Virus record (IMG/VR): IMGVR_UViG_3300033555_000001
Location: 1-64,000 of that record
DNA from: a virus
Taxonomy: Duplodnaviria > Caudoviricetes
Length of the DNA: 64,000 bases
Direction: 5' to 3' (one strand)
The notes under the pieces were generated by a model. The model ran no database searches and was not told where the DNA came from. It saw nothing but the letters and a program-made list of their open reading frames with translations. A program made the position numbers and the translations under genes. This document shows, piece after piece, positions 1-7,472 of this stretch (position 1 is the first letter of the stretch; each line of letters opens with the position of its first letter).

Positions 1-867
1 GATACAGGTAATGGCTTTGATGGCGGAGGTGGTGCGTTCATTGACGGATTAGTTCGCTTACCTGCATCTGGTACTGTTAAAAATTTATATACGATTTGCG
101 CTGCACCAGGAGATGGAGGAGGCAGCGCCGACCCTAATTCACAGAACTCAAAAAATGGGGGTTTTGGAGGTACAGGATACGCGTTCAGTAATAATTCTCT
201 CCAAAGTTCAAACGGCGGTCTTGGCGGCAACGCAGGGAATGAAGAACAAAGCGGCGGTGCGGGTGGTGGTGGTGGCAGCGGCGCGCTATGGTATGAAGCA
301 GATGGGTTATTTATACCTATTGCCGTATCTCCTGGCGGCGGCGGCGGCGCCGGCCTGGGGCATACCCCTAATATTAAAGATCCAAGTATAGTACCAAGTA
401 ATAGATTGAATAAAAACATTTTTATTGATATTAACGCCGGAATTTTTTTAGGTGGCATTGCCGGTCAGGGATCAAATAATCTACCTCCACAGGTTACTTC
501 GCCATCATACGATGGCGGTGCGGGTGGTGGTGGTGGTTCGATGTCTGGTACCGGCGGAATCTACCCAACTGAATTCATACAAGGACAAACCCGACCGCAA
601 GATGAAACTGCCGGCACAGGCGGCTCTACTGGTTTTGCTCAATATAATACTTCTTACGTACTCTCGTCAAGTAATTATGCTTTCATTAATAATAATTCCA
701 GCACCTCGAGGGGCACCGTCAACACCGGCTGGCAATCGGGTAATTATGGCTTTGGCGGTATTGGCGGCACCTTTTCTATATCGGGCAGTTCTGGAGTTCA
801 AGGAGTTACTTCAATTGCGTGGAGCACTCAAGTTTCTCAACCTAACCTTACCCCACCTGGAGTTTAA
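1..867 (+). CDS. Glycine-rich structural/tail-associated protein, 5' partial
   Basis: Frame 1 is open from base 1 (DTGNGFDGGGG...) into the track ORF 406..867, with many GGxGG runs. The 406 start is therefore not the true start. Confidence 0.7.
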   Translation, partial: DTGNGFDGGGGAFIDGLVRLPASGTVKNLYTICAAPGDGGGSADPNSQNSKNGGFGGTGYAFSNNSLQSSNGGLGGNAGNEEQSGGAGGGGGSGALWYEADGLFIPIAVSPGGGGGAGLGHTPNIKDPSIVPSNRLNKNIFIDINAGIFLGGIAGQGSNNLPPQVTSPSYDGGAGGGGGSMSGTGGIYPTEFIQGQTRPQDETAGTGGSTGFAQYNTSYVLSSSNYAFINNNSSTSRGTVNTGWQSGNYGFGGIGGTFSISGSSGVQGVTSIAWSTQVSQPNLTPPGV

Positions 868-1197
868 ATGATTAAGCATTCTTTTGTAATTGGCTCATTG
901 AGCTGCTCTCAAACTAATCCGGCCAAGCCAGATCTTGTTGTTGCGCTGCAAGTACAGTTCATGGCCGTAGATGATACTGATGGAATTAGCGCAAATATGG
1001 GGGCAGTTCTAAAAATTACAGAACCCGATCAATTCATTCTATTTCATGAATTAACGGAAGGTGTAGTGAACTTATGGGTAGAAAATCACGAGCAGTTCAC
1101 AAAGATTAAAGAAAGCCTTGAGGGTATTATTGCCATGAAGCAAAATCCGCCAGTAATTGAGCGTACAGCGCCGTGGATCTCTAAGGTTGTTGTTTAA
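868..1197 (+). CDS. Hypothetical protein, possibly tail-associated
   Basis: 109 aa ORF whose ATG directly abuts the stop of the upstream gene. Confidence 0.6.
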   Translation: MIKHSFVIGSLSCSQTNPAKPDLVVALQVQFMAVDDTDGISANMGAVLKITEPDQFILFHELTEGVVNLWVENHEQFTKIKESLEGIIAMKQNPPVIERTAPWISKVVV

Positions 1198-1271
1198 CAT
1201 TACTTGACTCGGGTTGGCAAACCGGCGGATCTGCTAAATAACTGTGTTGAATACTGAACCTGAAATTAATT

Positions 1272-1299
1272 TTACTTATCGGGTTTTTGTGTTAAGATT
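1272..1299 (+). promoter_or_regulatory. Sigma70-like promoter upstream of the leader/tRNA array
   Basis: TTTACT-N16-TAAGAT with an extended -10 (TGtTAAGAT). Confidence 0.55.
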
Positions 1300-1376
1300 C
1301 ATCTATCGAACGTTGAGGCGCCGGACAGAACTACGTTACCCGGGCGAACGTTCACTAACCTTATTAAGAGAGTATC

Positions 1377-1499
1377 ATGACTAAATTTTGTATGCAAACT
1401 TCAAATCGCTTCTGGCAAAATTGCCAGCGGTTTGATTTTGCCCGCAAAAATGAACATGAGATTAATACACACTTCCAGGCTGGAGGTTCTAAAGCGTAA
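1377..1499 (+). CDS. Leader peptide (40 aa) of a putative attenuator
   Basis: ATG at 1377 after AAGAGAG; reads MTKFCMQTSNRFWQNCQRFDFARKNEHEINTHFQAGGSKA*. The stop lies inside the antiterminator stem-loop. Not in the ORF track because it is short. Confidence 0.7.
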   Translation: MTKFCMQTSNRFWQNCQRFDFARKNEHEINTHFQAGGSKA

Positions 1500-1558
1500 G
1501 CTCTAGAAATCCAAATCCAACCTGGGAGACTATGAAAATAGTTTCCCAGTTTTGTTTT
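1473..1558 (+). terminator. Attenuator: antiterminator overlapping an intrinsic terminator
   Basis: TTCCAGGCTGGA (1473-1484) pairs with TCCAACCTGGGA (1516-1527). The terminator is CTGGGAGACTAT-GAAA-ATAGTTTCCCAG (1522-1549) plus TTTTGTTTT. Both structures need CTGGGA 1522-1527. Confidence 0.75.
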
Positions 1559-1773
1559 CGACTGGATTTAACAACCGCTTTAAGCTTAGCGGAATAGAAA
1601 TAAGGTTGGACCGCGATGAAACTGTCGAGTAGCCTTCAGACAGACGAGTGCGATAAAGGCAAACAAATTTAATAGGCCTGCTGTGAAAGCAGCGGGTTTA
1701 TTTTAAAGCGCAGCTAAGTGAACTAGACCAGGTAAGTAGAGCCAAAATCTCGAACTAGCGCGCTTTAAAATGA

Positions 1774-1848
1774 AGGGAGTAGGTGGATTGGCGACACGCA
1801 ACCTTCTGAGGGTTGATGCACAAGGTTCGATTCCTTGACTCCCCGCCA
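1774..1848 (+). tRNA. tRNA-Gln(CTG)
   Basis: Anticodon arm CAACC-TTCTGAG-GGTTG, T-loop TTCGATT, encoded CCA. Confidence 0.9.
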
Positions 1849-1853
1849 ACATT

Positions 1854-1929
1854 GCCGAGTGAGCTAGTGAAGTCATAGCGCTGGATTGAAAATCCGGAGA
1901 ACATGGAGCGTTACCGTGACTCGGCACCA
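1854..1929 (+). tRNA. tRNA-Phe(GAA), atypical T-loop
   Basis: Acceptor GCCGAGT/ACTCGGC, arm CTGGA-TTGAAAA-TCCGG, T-loop AGCGTTA, CCA. Confidence 0.85.
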
Positions 1930-1934
1930 GAATA

Positions 1935-2006
1935 CTACCGTTCCACTTCGGGTGAGGTGACCTGCCCTTCAAGCAGAGAAGACGAGTTCGACTCTCGTAC
2001 GGTAGA
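1935..2006 (+). tRNA. tRNA-Glu(TTC)
   Basis: Acceptor CTACCGT/ACGGTAG, loop CCTTCAA, T-loop TTCGACT; no encoded CCA. Confidence 0.8.
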
Positions 2007-2012
2007 TAATTT

Positions 2013-2096
2013 GTTCCGTGATGACTGCTGGTAACGGTCAGTACCCTTTCAAGGTACCGCCTCAGGGCTAGGGTTCGACTCCCGTACGCGATACCA
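2013..2096 (+). tRNA. tRNA-Glu(TTC)-like with long D stem and variable arm
   Basis: Arm GTACC-CTTTCAA-GGTAC, 5-bp D stem GACTG/CGGTC, extra hairpin GCC-TCAG-GGC, imperfect acceptor and T stems, ends ACCA. Confidence 0.6.
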
Positions 2097-2099
2097 TTT

Positions 2100-2171
2100 T
2101 TCGTGTTCGACTTCAGGTGAGGTCAGCGGGTAGAAAGCCCGCGTAGACAGGTTCGAGTCCTGTACACGGAA
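2100..2171 (+). tRNA. tRNA-like gene with degenerate anticodon loop (possible pseudo-tRNA)
   Basis: Intact acceptor TTCGTGT/ACACGGA, D arm and T arm (TTCGAGT). The loop TAGAAAG lacks U33 and there is no CCA. Confidence 0.55.
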
Positions 2172-2202
2172 TTAGTTATTCAGTCGTTTAAGTGTACTTT
2201 GC

Positions 2203-2275
2203 TCCAGTGTAGCTCAGTGGTAGAGCAGCTCCCTGTTAAGGAGACGGTCGTTGGTCCGATCCCAGCCTCTGGAGC
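2203..2275 (+). tRNA. tRNA-Asn(GTT)
   Basis: TAGCTCAGTGGTAGAGC D arm, loop CTGTTAA, T-loop TCCGATC; no CCA. Confidence 0.8.
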
Positions 2276-2368
2276 AAAGTACATTTTAAAGTAACAACGC
2301 CTACACGGTGTAATCGCAAAAAACGAGAGCGTCTGTTCTCGTGATTAATTCTGTGTAGGCTTTTCAGT

Positions 2369-2443
2369 TGGGTGCAGGCGGATTGGCGACGCGCGACCTT
2401 TTGAGGGTCGAAGTACAGAGTTCGATTCTCTGGTGCCCTACCA
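2369..2443 (+). tRNA. tRNA-Gln(TTG)
   Basis: Arm CGACC-TTTTGAG-GGTCG, T-loop TTCGATT, CCA. Confidence 0.9.
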
Positions 2444-2449
2444 ACATTT

Positions 2450-2522
2450 AGTTCCAAGGTGTTCATGGACGCACACGGCCCTGTCACGGCTGAGGAGAGG
2501 GGATCGTTACCCCCTGGAACTG
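2450..2522 (+). tRNA. tRNA-Asp(GTC), atypical T-loop
   Basis: Acceptor AGTTCCA/TGGAACT, arm CGGCC-CTGTCAC-GGCTG, T-loop ATCGTTA; no CCA. Confidence 0.8.
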
Positions 2523-2530
2523 GCGAATAT

Positions 2531-2602
2531 ATGTCTGCCGATGGATACGGTTTTGGCCCTGCGAAGGCTGAACAGCAGGTTCGATTCCTGCCAGACGTAC
2601 CA
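2531..2602 (+). tRNA. tRNA-Arg(GCG), non-canonical 72-nt form
   Basis: Acceptor ATGTCTG/CAGACGT, arm TGGCC-CTGCGAA-GGCTG, TTCGATT, ACCA. The D hairpin directly follows the acceptor stem. Confidence 0.75.
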
Positions 2603-2610
2603 ACATTAAT

Positions 2611-2687
2611 GGGTCTTAGGCCGAAGAGGATTAGGCACCTGGCTTTTAACCAGACATTAGGGGGTTCGAGTCCCCCAGGACCCACCA
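2611..2687 (+). tRNA. tRNA-Lys(TTT)
   Basis: Acceptor GGGTCTT/AGGACCC, loop CTTTTAA, TTCGAGT, ACCA. Confidence 0.9.
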
Positions 2688-2726
2688 ATACAGCAGGCTG
2701 ATATACTTACCAGCCTGCGCTACCAG

Positions 2727-3131
2727 TTAATCCAGGAAAATAATTCTAGCAGTACCGCTTTGCACGGTATTGAAGGTTATTGTAATTGTGTCTGGATCGT
2801 TGATAGTAATAGAGTCCGGAAAAATAACGGACTTGTTATTATCAAACGCCTGCACTATTACATTCTCCGAATTGAAGTTATGATTGACTACCCAGGTCAT
2901 GGCGGGTGTAGTTACTGGCACGATTGCTTTACGAATACCATTTCCTGCAAGCGGCAAACCCACAAGAGCCCCGTTCACAAAGGCAAGTACCTGCCCTTCT
3001 TGAAGTGTAATAGCGTCGAACTGACGAGGTCCTGCACCACGTCGAACGATAATAGTTTCTTGGGCTGGGTCCGTGTTTAGGTAGCCACGTTTTGGCAATT
3101 CTACCTGGACAAAGTCTTCAAAAGCACTCAT
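2727..3131 (-). CDS. Hypothetical structural protein
   Basis: 134 aa, beta-rich; its start overlaps the stop of the upstream 548 aa gene by one base. Confidence 0.6.
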   Translation of the reverse strand: MSAFEDFVQVELPKRGYLNTDPAQETIIVRRGAGPRQFDAITLQEGQVLAFVNGALVGLPLAGNGIRKAIVPVTTPAMTWVVNHNFNSENVIVQAFDNNKSVIFPDSITINDPDTITITFNTVQSGTARIIFLD

Positions 3132-4777
3132 TATGCCACCTCTTCAATGTCTACTTGCAGGGTGCCGGTGGTATTAGCGCCAGCAAAGTCTGCATCGGTG
3201 AGGAAAAGAAAACCACCGTTTGGATTGTAAGTACCATCTGCGTTGGTGATGGTAAAGCCTGCAAAGAACTGTGAAGTATCAGTACGACGCGTCAGCACAG
3301 AAGATCCAGTATAGCTTGCGAGTGTTTTGGTAAAGTCAGTAACGTTAGTACCAATCGCTGCTGTTTGCGAGAATGCTGCAAAGACAAGAGTTCGACGAAC
3401 AAAACCACCAACAACATAAGAGGCACCAGCGGTAATTGTAGAACCAGCTACATTTGCAATATTCGTTAAAACAAGCGTGTTAAACGTTTGTGATCCATCT
3501 ACATCTGCATCAGTGATTCTGAGCGTACGTGAGTAAACTCCGGCTGAGAACGTCCATGCACCCTGAAAAGTTCCGCTTGAAGCAACTAGAGTTGGCAGCG
3601 CATTCAGCAGTTGATTTGCGGTAATACGTACCGTGTAGTCCTTACCCGCTGGTGTTGATGTAAGTCGGGTTGGATTTCCAACAATTGAAATTGCTGCTGT
3701 TGGAGCCGTATTTGCAATTGAAATAGCTGCTGTACTAACCGTAACTGCGGCGTTCGAAGTTTTTGTTGCGGTAATTGTATAGTTCTGAACTCCAATTACA
3801 TAGCCACCGCTGACACGCGTTACGGTCTTTGTTGCACCATAGACTGATGGGTCAGTTACTGACAGATCTGCTGAAGAAGTGTATGTAACCGTATCTGCAC
3901 TAGTAACAGCAGCGGTAACAGTCGAGGACTCTGTGCCCTTCAGCGCAGATTGACCAGTTGGGTAAGTAATAACACGAGCTGCAATGCCCGGATAAGTCTG
4001 ATTCAGTGTAACTGTATTAGTGGTAAGGACGGTGGAACCAAAGGTTCCAAGAGCGTTGCGCGCCCGAACTGATGCACTTTGAACGCCAGATGCCGCGCCC
4101 ACAATAAAGGTGCCTGTTAAAGTTTTAAATCCGGTACCACCTGAATCTGTTGCTCCCAGCGTTAGCGAAGAAATAGATTTTGCTGCACCGCTGACTATAA
4201 CTTCAGCGTACGTTGCCGAGTTAGCTACAACACCAGAGATTGGCAGCACGTCATTTTGCTTTACCTCTGTTTGAGATCCTGGAAGCACTCCAATTGTGGC
4301 AGTCTGTACGGCTGGGCCTGCTTCAGCAACGGTGATTGTTGCAGTAGCTGTTGCATTTGTGTTTGACGTAATTGTGACAACAGAGTTCACAGTAATAATT
4401 AAGTCTGCAAAACCAGAGAAGAAGCGACGGTCAAACTGGTCTTCTGAAATGGTACCGGTAATTGGTCCACCGGCTTGTGGTGGCTCAGTTGTTACGGTAA
4501 CAGTTGGAGAATAAAAAGCTGATCCACCCTCTGCAATAAATGAGACACGAACGTTTTGTGTATCAGTCGTGCCGTTAATAATGACCCTGTTTGCTGGAAT
4601 AGTGTTGGGAACAAATTGCTTATTGCCAACAATACCCGTTGATGTTGGGGAAATGTCTGTGATGAACACACCCCCTACAATGGCACCCGAGATCACCTGA
4701 GCATCAACATATCTCTTTGTTGCTATTTCTTGAGGCAGTGTTGGATCAGTAGTCGCGGTGCTTTGATAAATCTTCAT
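3131..4777 (-). CDS. Thr/Ser/Gly-rich beta-sandwich (Ig-like) virion protein
   Basis: 548 aa with surface/structural composition; TATAAATA on the minus strand at 4826-4833 upstream. Confidence 0.6.
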   Translation of the reverse strand: MKIYQSTATTDPTLPQEIATKRYVDAQVISGAIVGGVFITDISPTSTGIVGNKQFVPNTIPANRVIINGTTDTQNVRVSFIAEGGSAFYSPTVTVTTEPPQAGGPITGTISEDQFDRRFFSGFADLIITVNSVVTITSNTNATATATITVAEAGPAVQTATIGVLPGSQTEVKQNDVLPISGVVANSATYAEVIVSGAAKSISSLTLGATDSGGTGFKTLTGTFIVGAASGVQSASVRARNALGTFGSTVLTTNTVTLNQTYPGIAARVITYPTGQSALKGTESSTVTAAVTSADTVTYTSSADLSVTDPSVYGATKTVTRVSGGYVIGVQNYTITATKTSNAAVTVSTAAISIANTAPTAAISIVGNPTRLTSTPAGKDYTVRITANQLLNALPTLVASSGTFQGAWTFSAGVYSRTLRITDADVDGSQTFNTLVLTNIANVAGSTITAGASYVVGGFVRRTLVFAAFSQTAAIGTNVTDFTKTLASYTGSSVLTRRTDTSQFFAGFTITNADGTYNPNGGFLFLTDADFAGANTTGTLQVDIEEVA

Positions 4778-5030
4778 TTGTCAAGCTCCTGTTAATATAA
4801 AATACATCTTTAAGATACAAATCCATATTTATAAGTGCTGCCATGCCCCGTTTTGACGCGGGTGAAAATAAATGGCGGTATAACATTAACATCCCTCTGC
4901 TTACGGATTAAGCTCGAGCGCTTCGAACGCTTGATGGGTGGTTTGACTCCATCCAGAGGGGCCAAGTTTCAATGGTGCGTTTCGCGTGTTTGGTATTGTA
5001 AATACTTCATATTACCAAAGGGGAGTAACA

Positions 5031-5417
5031 ATGATACTGCGTGAATTATTAAAATTGACAGAACAAAAGGTGTTTGCCACTGGCAAAAATGGAGCTCCAA
5101 GTAAATGCTTCCGGGAGGTTACATCACCTAGTTTGCCTAAAGATACCATCATAGGTTATGGCTCTGTCAGTGACGGAACAGAGACAGTTACACATGTGTT
5201 CCTTCTGGATGATAATGGAGACATTCAAGAACCAACCATGATGAAAGGGCAAACAGGCTTTGCGAAAGGCGCACCTATCACTCATCTGAAATACAAAGTG
5301 CTTGGTACGATTAAGCTTGGTGATCTGCCGAATGACGGCACTGATGGCATGCAGAAATGGAAAACTCGTGAAATAGCCATAGCAAAAATTGCCAATGAGG
5401 CAGCTAAGACAACTTAA
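5031..5417 (+). CDS. Hypothetical protein, candidate internal virion protein
   Basis: GGGAG RBS then MILRELLKLTE. Confidence 0.6.
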   Translation: MILRELLKLTEQKVFATGKNGAPSKCFREVTSPSLPKDTIIGYGSVSDGTETVTHVFLLDDNGDIQEPTMMKGQTGFAKGAPITHLKYKVLGTIKLGDLPNDGTDGMQKWKTREIAIAKIANEAAKTT

Positions 5418-5438
5418 CATCAGAATTACGATTTCAAT

Positions 5439-5515
5439 GGTGCCTGTAGTGTAATGATTTAACACCTCCCCCTGTGAAGGGGATATAGCGGGTTTGATTC
5501 CCGTCAGGCACCCCA
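5439..5515 (+). tRNA. tRNA-His(GTG)
   Basis: G-1 present, arm TCCCC-CTGTGAA-GGGGA, C73, CCA. Confidence 0.9.
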
Positions 5516-5536
5516 TTTTTTTAATCAGGAGTTATC

Positions 5537-5716
5537 ATGACAGAACTACAACGTGCAAGTGCACGATTATTTGGCCCGCACGGTATTGGCTGCAGCGATA
5601 TTAAAATTTTTCCGGGCGATGGTCAGTTCACGGCGGAGCAATTAGCAGGTGAAATCAACAAAGCGTTAGACGCGCTTCAGAGCGGTAACTATGAGCTCGT
5701 GCTTGAGGATGACTGA
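5537..5716 (+). CDS. Hypothetical protein (59 aa)
   Basis: AGGAG RBS; MTELQRASARLFGPHG...; not in the track. Confidence 0.55.
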   Translation: MTELQRASARLFGPHGIGCSDIKIFPGDGQFTAEQLAGEINKALDALQSGNYELVLEDD

Positions 5717-5807
5717 TAGTCTGACTCCTGTAACGACCGTTACACTTTAAACCGGCATTTTTCTCAGGTTGATGTTATAATCACTCATCGACTCACGGAG
5801 AACAAAA

Positions 5808-6077
5808 ATGCAAAAATTAGTTATTATGTGGGATATCGAAGCAAGTGAAACTAAAAATGTTTCTTTAACTTCACCAGTTCTCTACGAATCGCCAAAGAAA
5901 TTTCTGATGGATTTTGAGGCGGCTGTTGTACAGTCTAAGAAAAATAATCAATCTACTTTTATTTTTGCAAATCTCGCGTGGCGAACAGCGGATTTTTACT
6001 TCTCTGGTTGTGACATACCAATACTGCCTGAAGTCTTTACGCTTGACCAATGGTTTGAGGATTTTGTTGCACTTTAA
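5808..6077 (+). CDS. Paralog family A, member 1
   Basis: Shares KLxIxW...PVLYES...F...LDxWFE with 6132 and 7185; has its own promoter TCAGGTTGATGTTATAAT. Confidence 0.75.
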   Translation: MQKLVIMWDIEASETKNVSLTSPVLYESPKKFLMDFEAAVVQSKKNNQSTFIFANLAWRTADFYFSGCDIPILPEVFTLDQWFEDFVAL

Positions 6078-6131
6078 ATTAAAAAATATCAGGTTGATGT
6101 TATAATCACTCATTGACACTCGGAGAGTCTC

Positions 6132-6392
6132 ATGGAAAAGCTGATAGTAATCTGGCAAAAATCGGACTTTTATCACACTGATATGCCGACACCTGTTCTG
6201 TATGAATCACCAGAGAGGTTTCTTAGCGATTTTGCTGCAGCAATTCGTGCTGGTGTCGCCGCCCGCGAGCCAGAAATAAAATTTGCTGGTGTTGAGTGGG
6301 TCTGTGATGATTTTTATTATAATAATGATGTGATCATGTATCCGGACGTGTTTACTGTTGATGAGTGGTTTGAAACATTTGTTCCAAAATAA
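6132..6392 (+). CDS. Paralog family A, member 2
   Basis: Same motifs and same upstream promoter cassette. Confidence 0.75.
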   Translation: MEKLIVIWQKSDFYHTDMPTPVLYESPERFLSDFAAAIRAGVAAREPEIKFAGVEWVCDDFYYNNDVIMYPDVFTVDEWFETFVPK

Positions 6393-6451
6393 TGTACGTA
6401 CTGCTCAATTAAGCGTATAATTTTATTCAATCTTGTAAACCGGAGAATCAG

Positions 6452-6796
6452 ATGCATCGCACCGATACTCACACTCGTAGAATTTACTGCGTAGATGTTG
6501 CGGCTTCCTTTGCTAAACATCGTGCTGATTTGGTAGCTGTGGCAAAAGCTGAAGACTTAACCGTTATTTTAGACAGCGCCGACGGGTTCGTTGCAGAGGG
6601 TTTTGATCACTGCAAGAGTCGAATCAGATATCTTGCTGGTTCAATTGATCAGCCATTTGCGAATGGCCCATCACTGACTTGCATGGACGGGCATCTTATA
6701 TACCACACGCTTTTCCTGCCAAAAAGCGCTAAACCAGAGCAATCACGTAGAACGCAAATCGGCAAACAAATTGGAGGCAACTGCCACGATGTATAA
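6452..6796 (+). CDS. Hypothetical protein
   Basis: GGAG RBS, 114 aa. Confidence 0.5.
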   Translation: MHRTDTHTRRIYCVDVAASFAKHRADLVAVAKAEDLTVILDSADGFVAEGFDHCKSRIRYLAGSIDQPFANGPSLTCMDGHLIYHTLFLPKSAKPEQSRRTQIGKQIGGNCHDV

Positions 6797-7046
6797 TAAG
6801 ACTAAAACTGAAGCACCATTCATCCCTGATGGTTATTTGGACAACGTAAATCAAGCTATTGCCGAAGCAAACTCGCGCTTGAACAGAGCAGGAATGCCAA
6901 CTTATTCAGACCTCTTAGATATGCTTCGAACAGCCGAGACCCTTATCACGGGAGAGTTTAATTCTGCATTTGCCCACCAAGATGAAACTATTCAGCTGAT
7001 GGCACAAATACACAGTGCTTTCATTTATGCGGGCCGCAAAACGTGA
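6789..7046 (+). CDS. Hypothetical protein
   Basis: GGAGG RBS before ATG 6789. Confidence 0.55.
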   Translation: MYNKTKTEAPFIPDGYLDNVNQAIAEANSRLNRAGMPTYSDLLDMLRTAETLITGEFNSAFAHQDETIQLMAQIHSAFIYAGRKT

Positions 7047-7184
7047 ATCATGTTGAGCTCTCCAAGCTAGCACACTTCAAGCAATGGAACACTTCCTGGG
7101 TGACACAGACACGGCGCCCACCTGAAGAGCGGGAGAATACGATCGTTGCCAACACCAAGGACCATTTTTATTGTCGAGAGTAAT

Positions 7185-7472
7185 ATGAAAAAATTAGTTA
7201 TTCAGTGGAAACACGGCGATGACTGCACGTACAGCTGTACTTTAACGCAGCCAGTTCTGTATGAATCAGCTGAAGCGTTCTTAGTAGAATTTGAAGACGC
7301 GGTTGTTCAGGCAATGCACGCGGGTGTTGCAGAGTTTACATTTGCAAATATAATTTGGAACACTCACGAATTTACAGCGTTTAGTTTTATATATGACTGC
7401 ACGTCCCCCGTACTTCCTGCAGTTGCCGAGCTTGACGAGTGGTTTGAAATTAACTGTCAAGCGGTTAATTAG
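7185..7472 (+). CDS. Paralog family A, member 3
   Basis: MKKLVIQW...PVLYES...LDEWFE. Confidence 0.75.
   Translation: MKKLVIQWKHGDDCTYSCTLTQPVLYESAEAFLVEFEDAVVQAMHAGVAEFTFANIIWNTHEFTAFSFIYDCTSPVLPAVAELDEWFEINCQAVN

Noticed and set aside
113-871. ORFs 113..391 and 452..871, and the 406 start
   Set aside because: Alternative frames of one continuous frame-1 glycine-rich gene that begins before the window.
1604-1615. T-box-like GGTTGGACCGCG
   Set aside because: One base short of the UGGN-ACC bulge, no following terminator or specifier stem, and it lies downstream of the real terminator.
1703-2701. Track ORFs 1703..1972(-), 2236..2688(-) and 2459..2701(+)
   Set aside because: They overlap tRNA genes and are shadows of structured RNA.
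5729-5744. NtcA site (GTA-N8-TAC)
   Set aside because: The pattern matches, but nothing suggests a cyanobacterial host; kept only as an unnamed palindrome.
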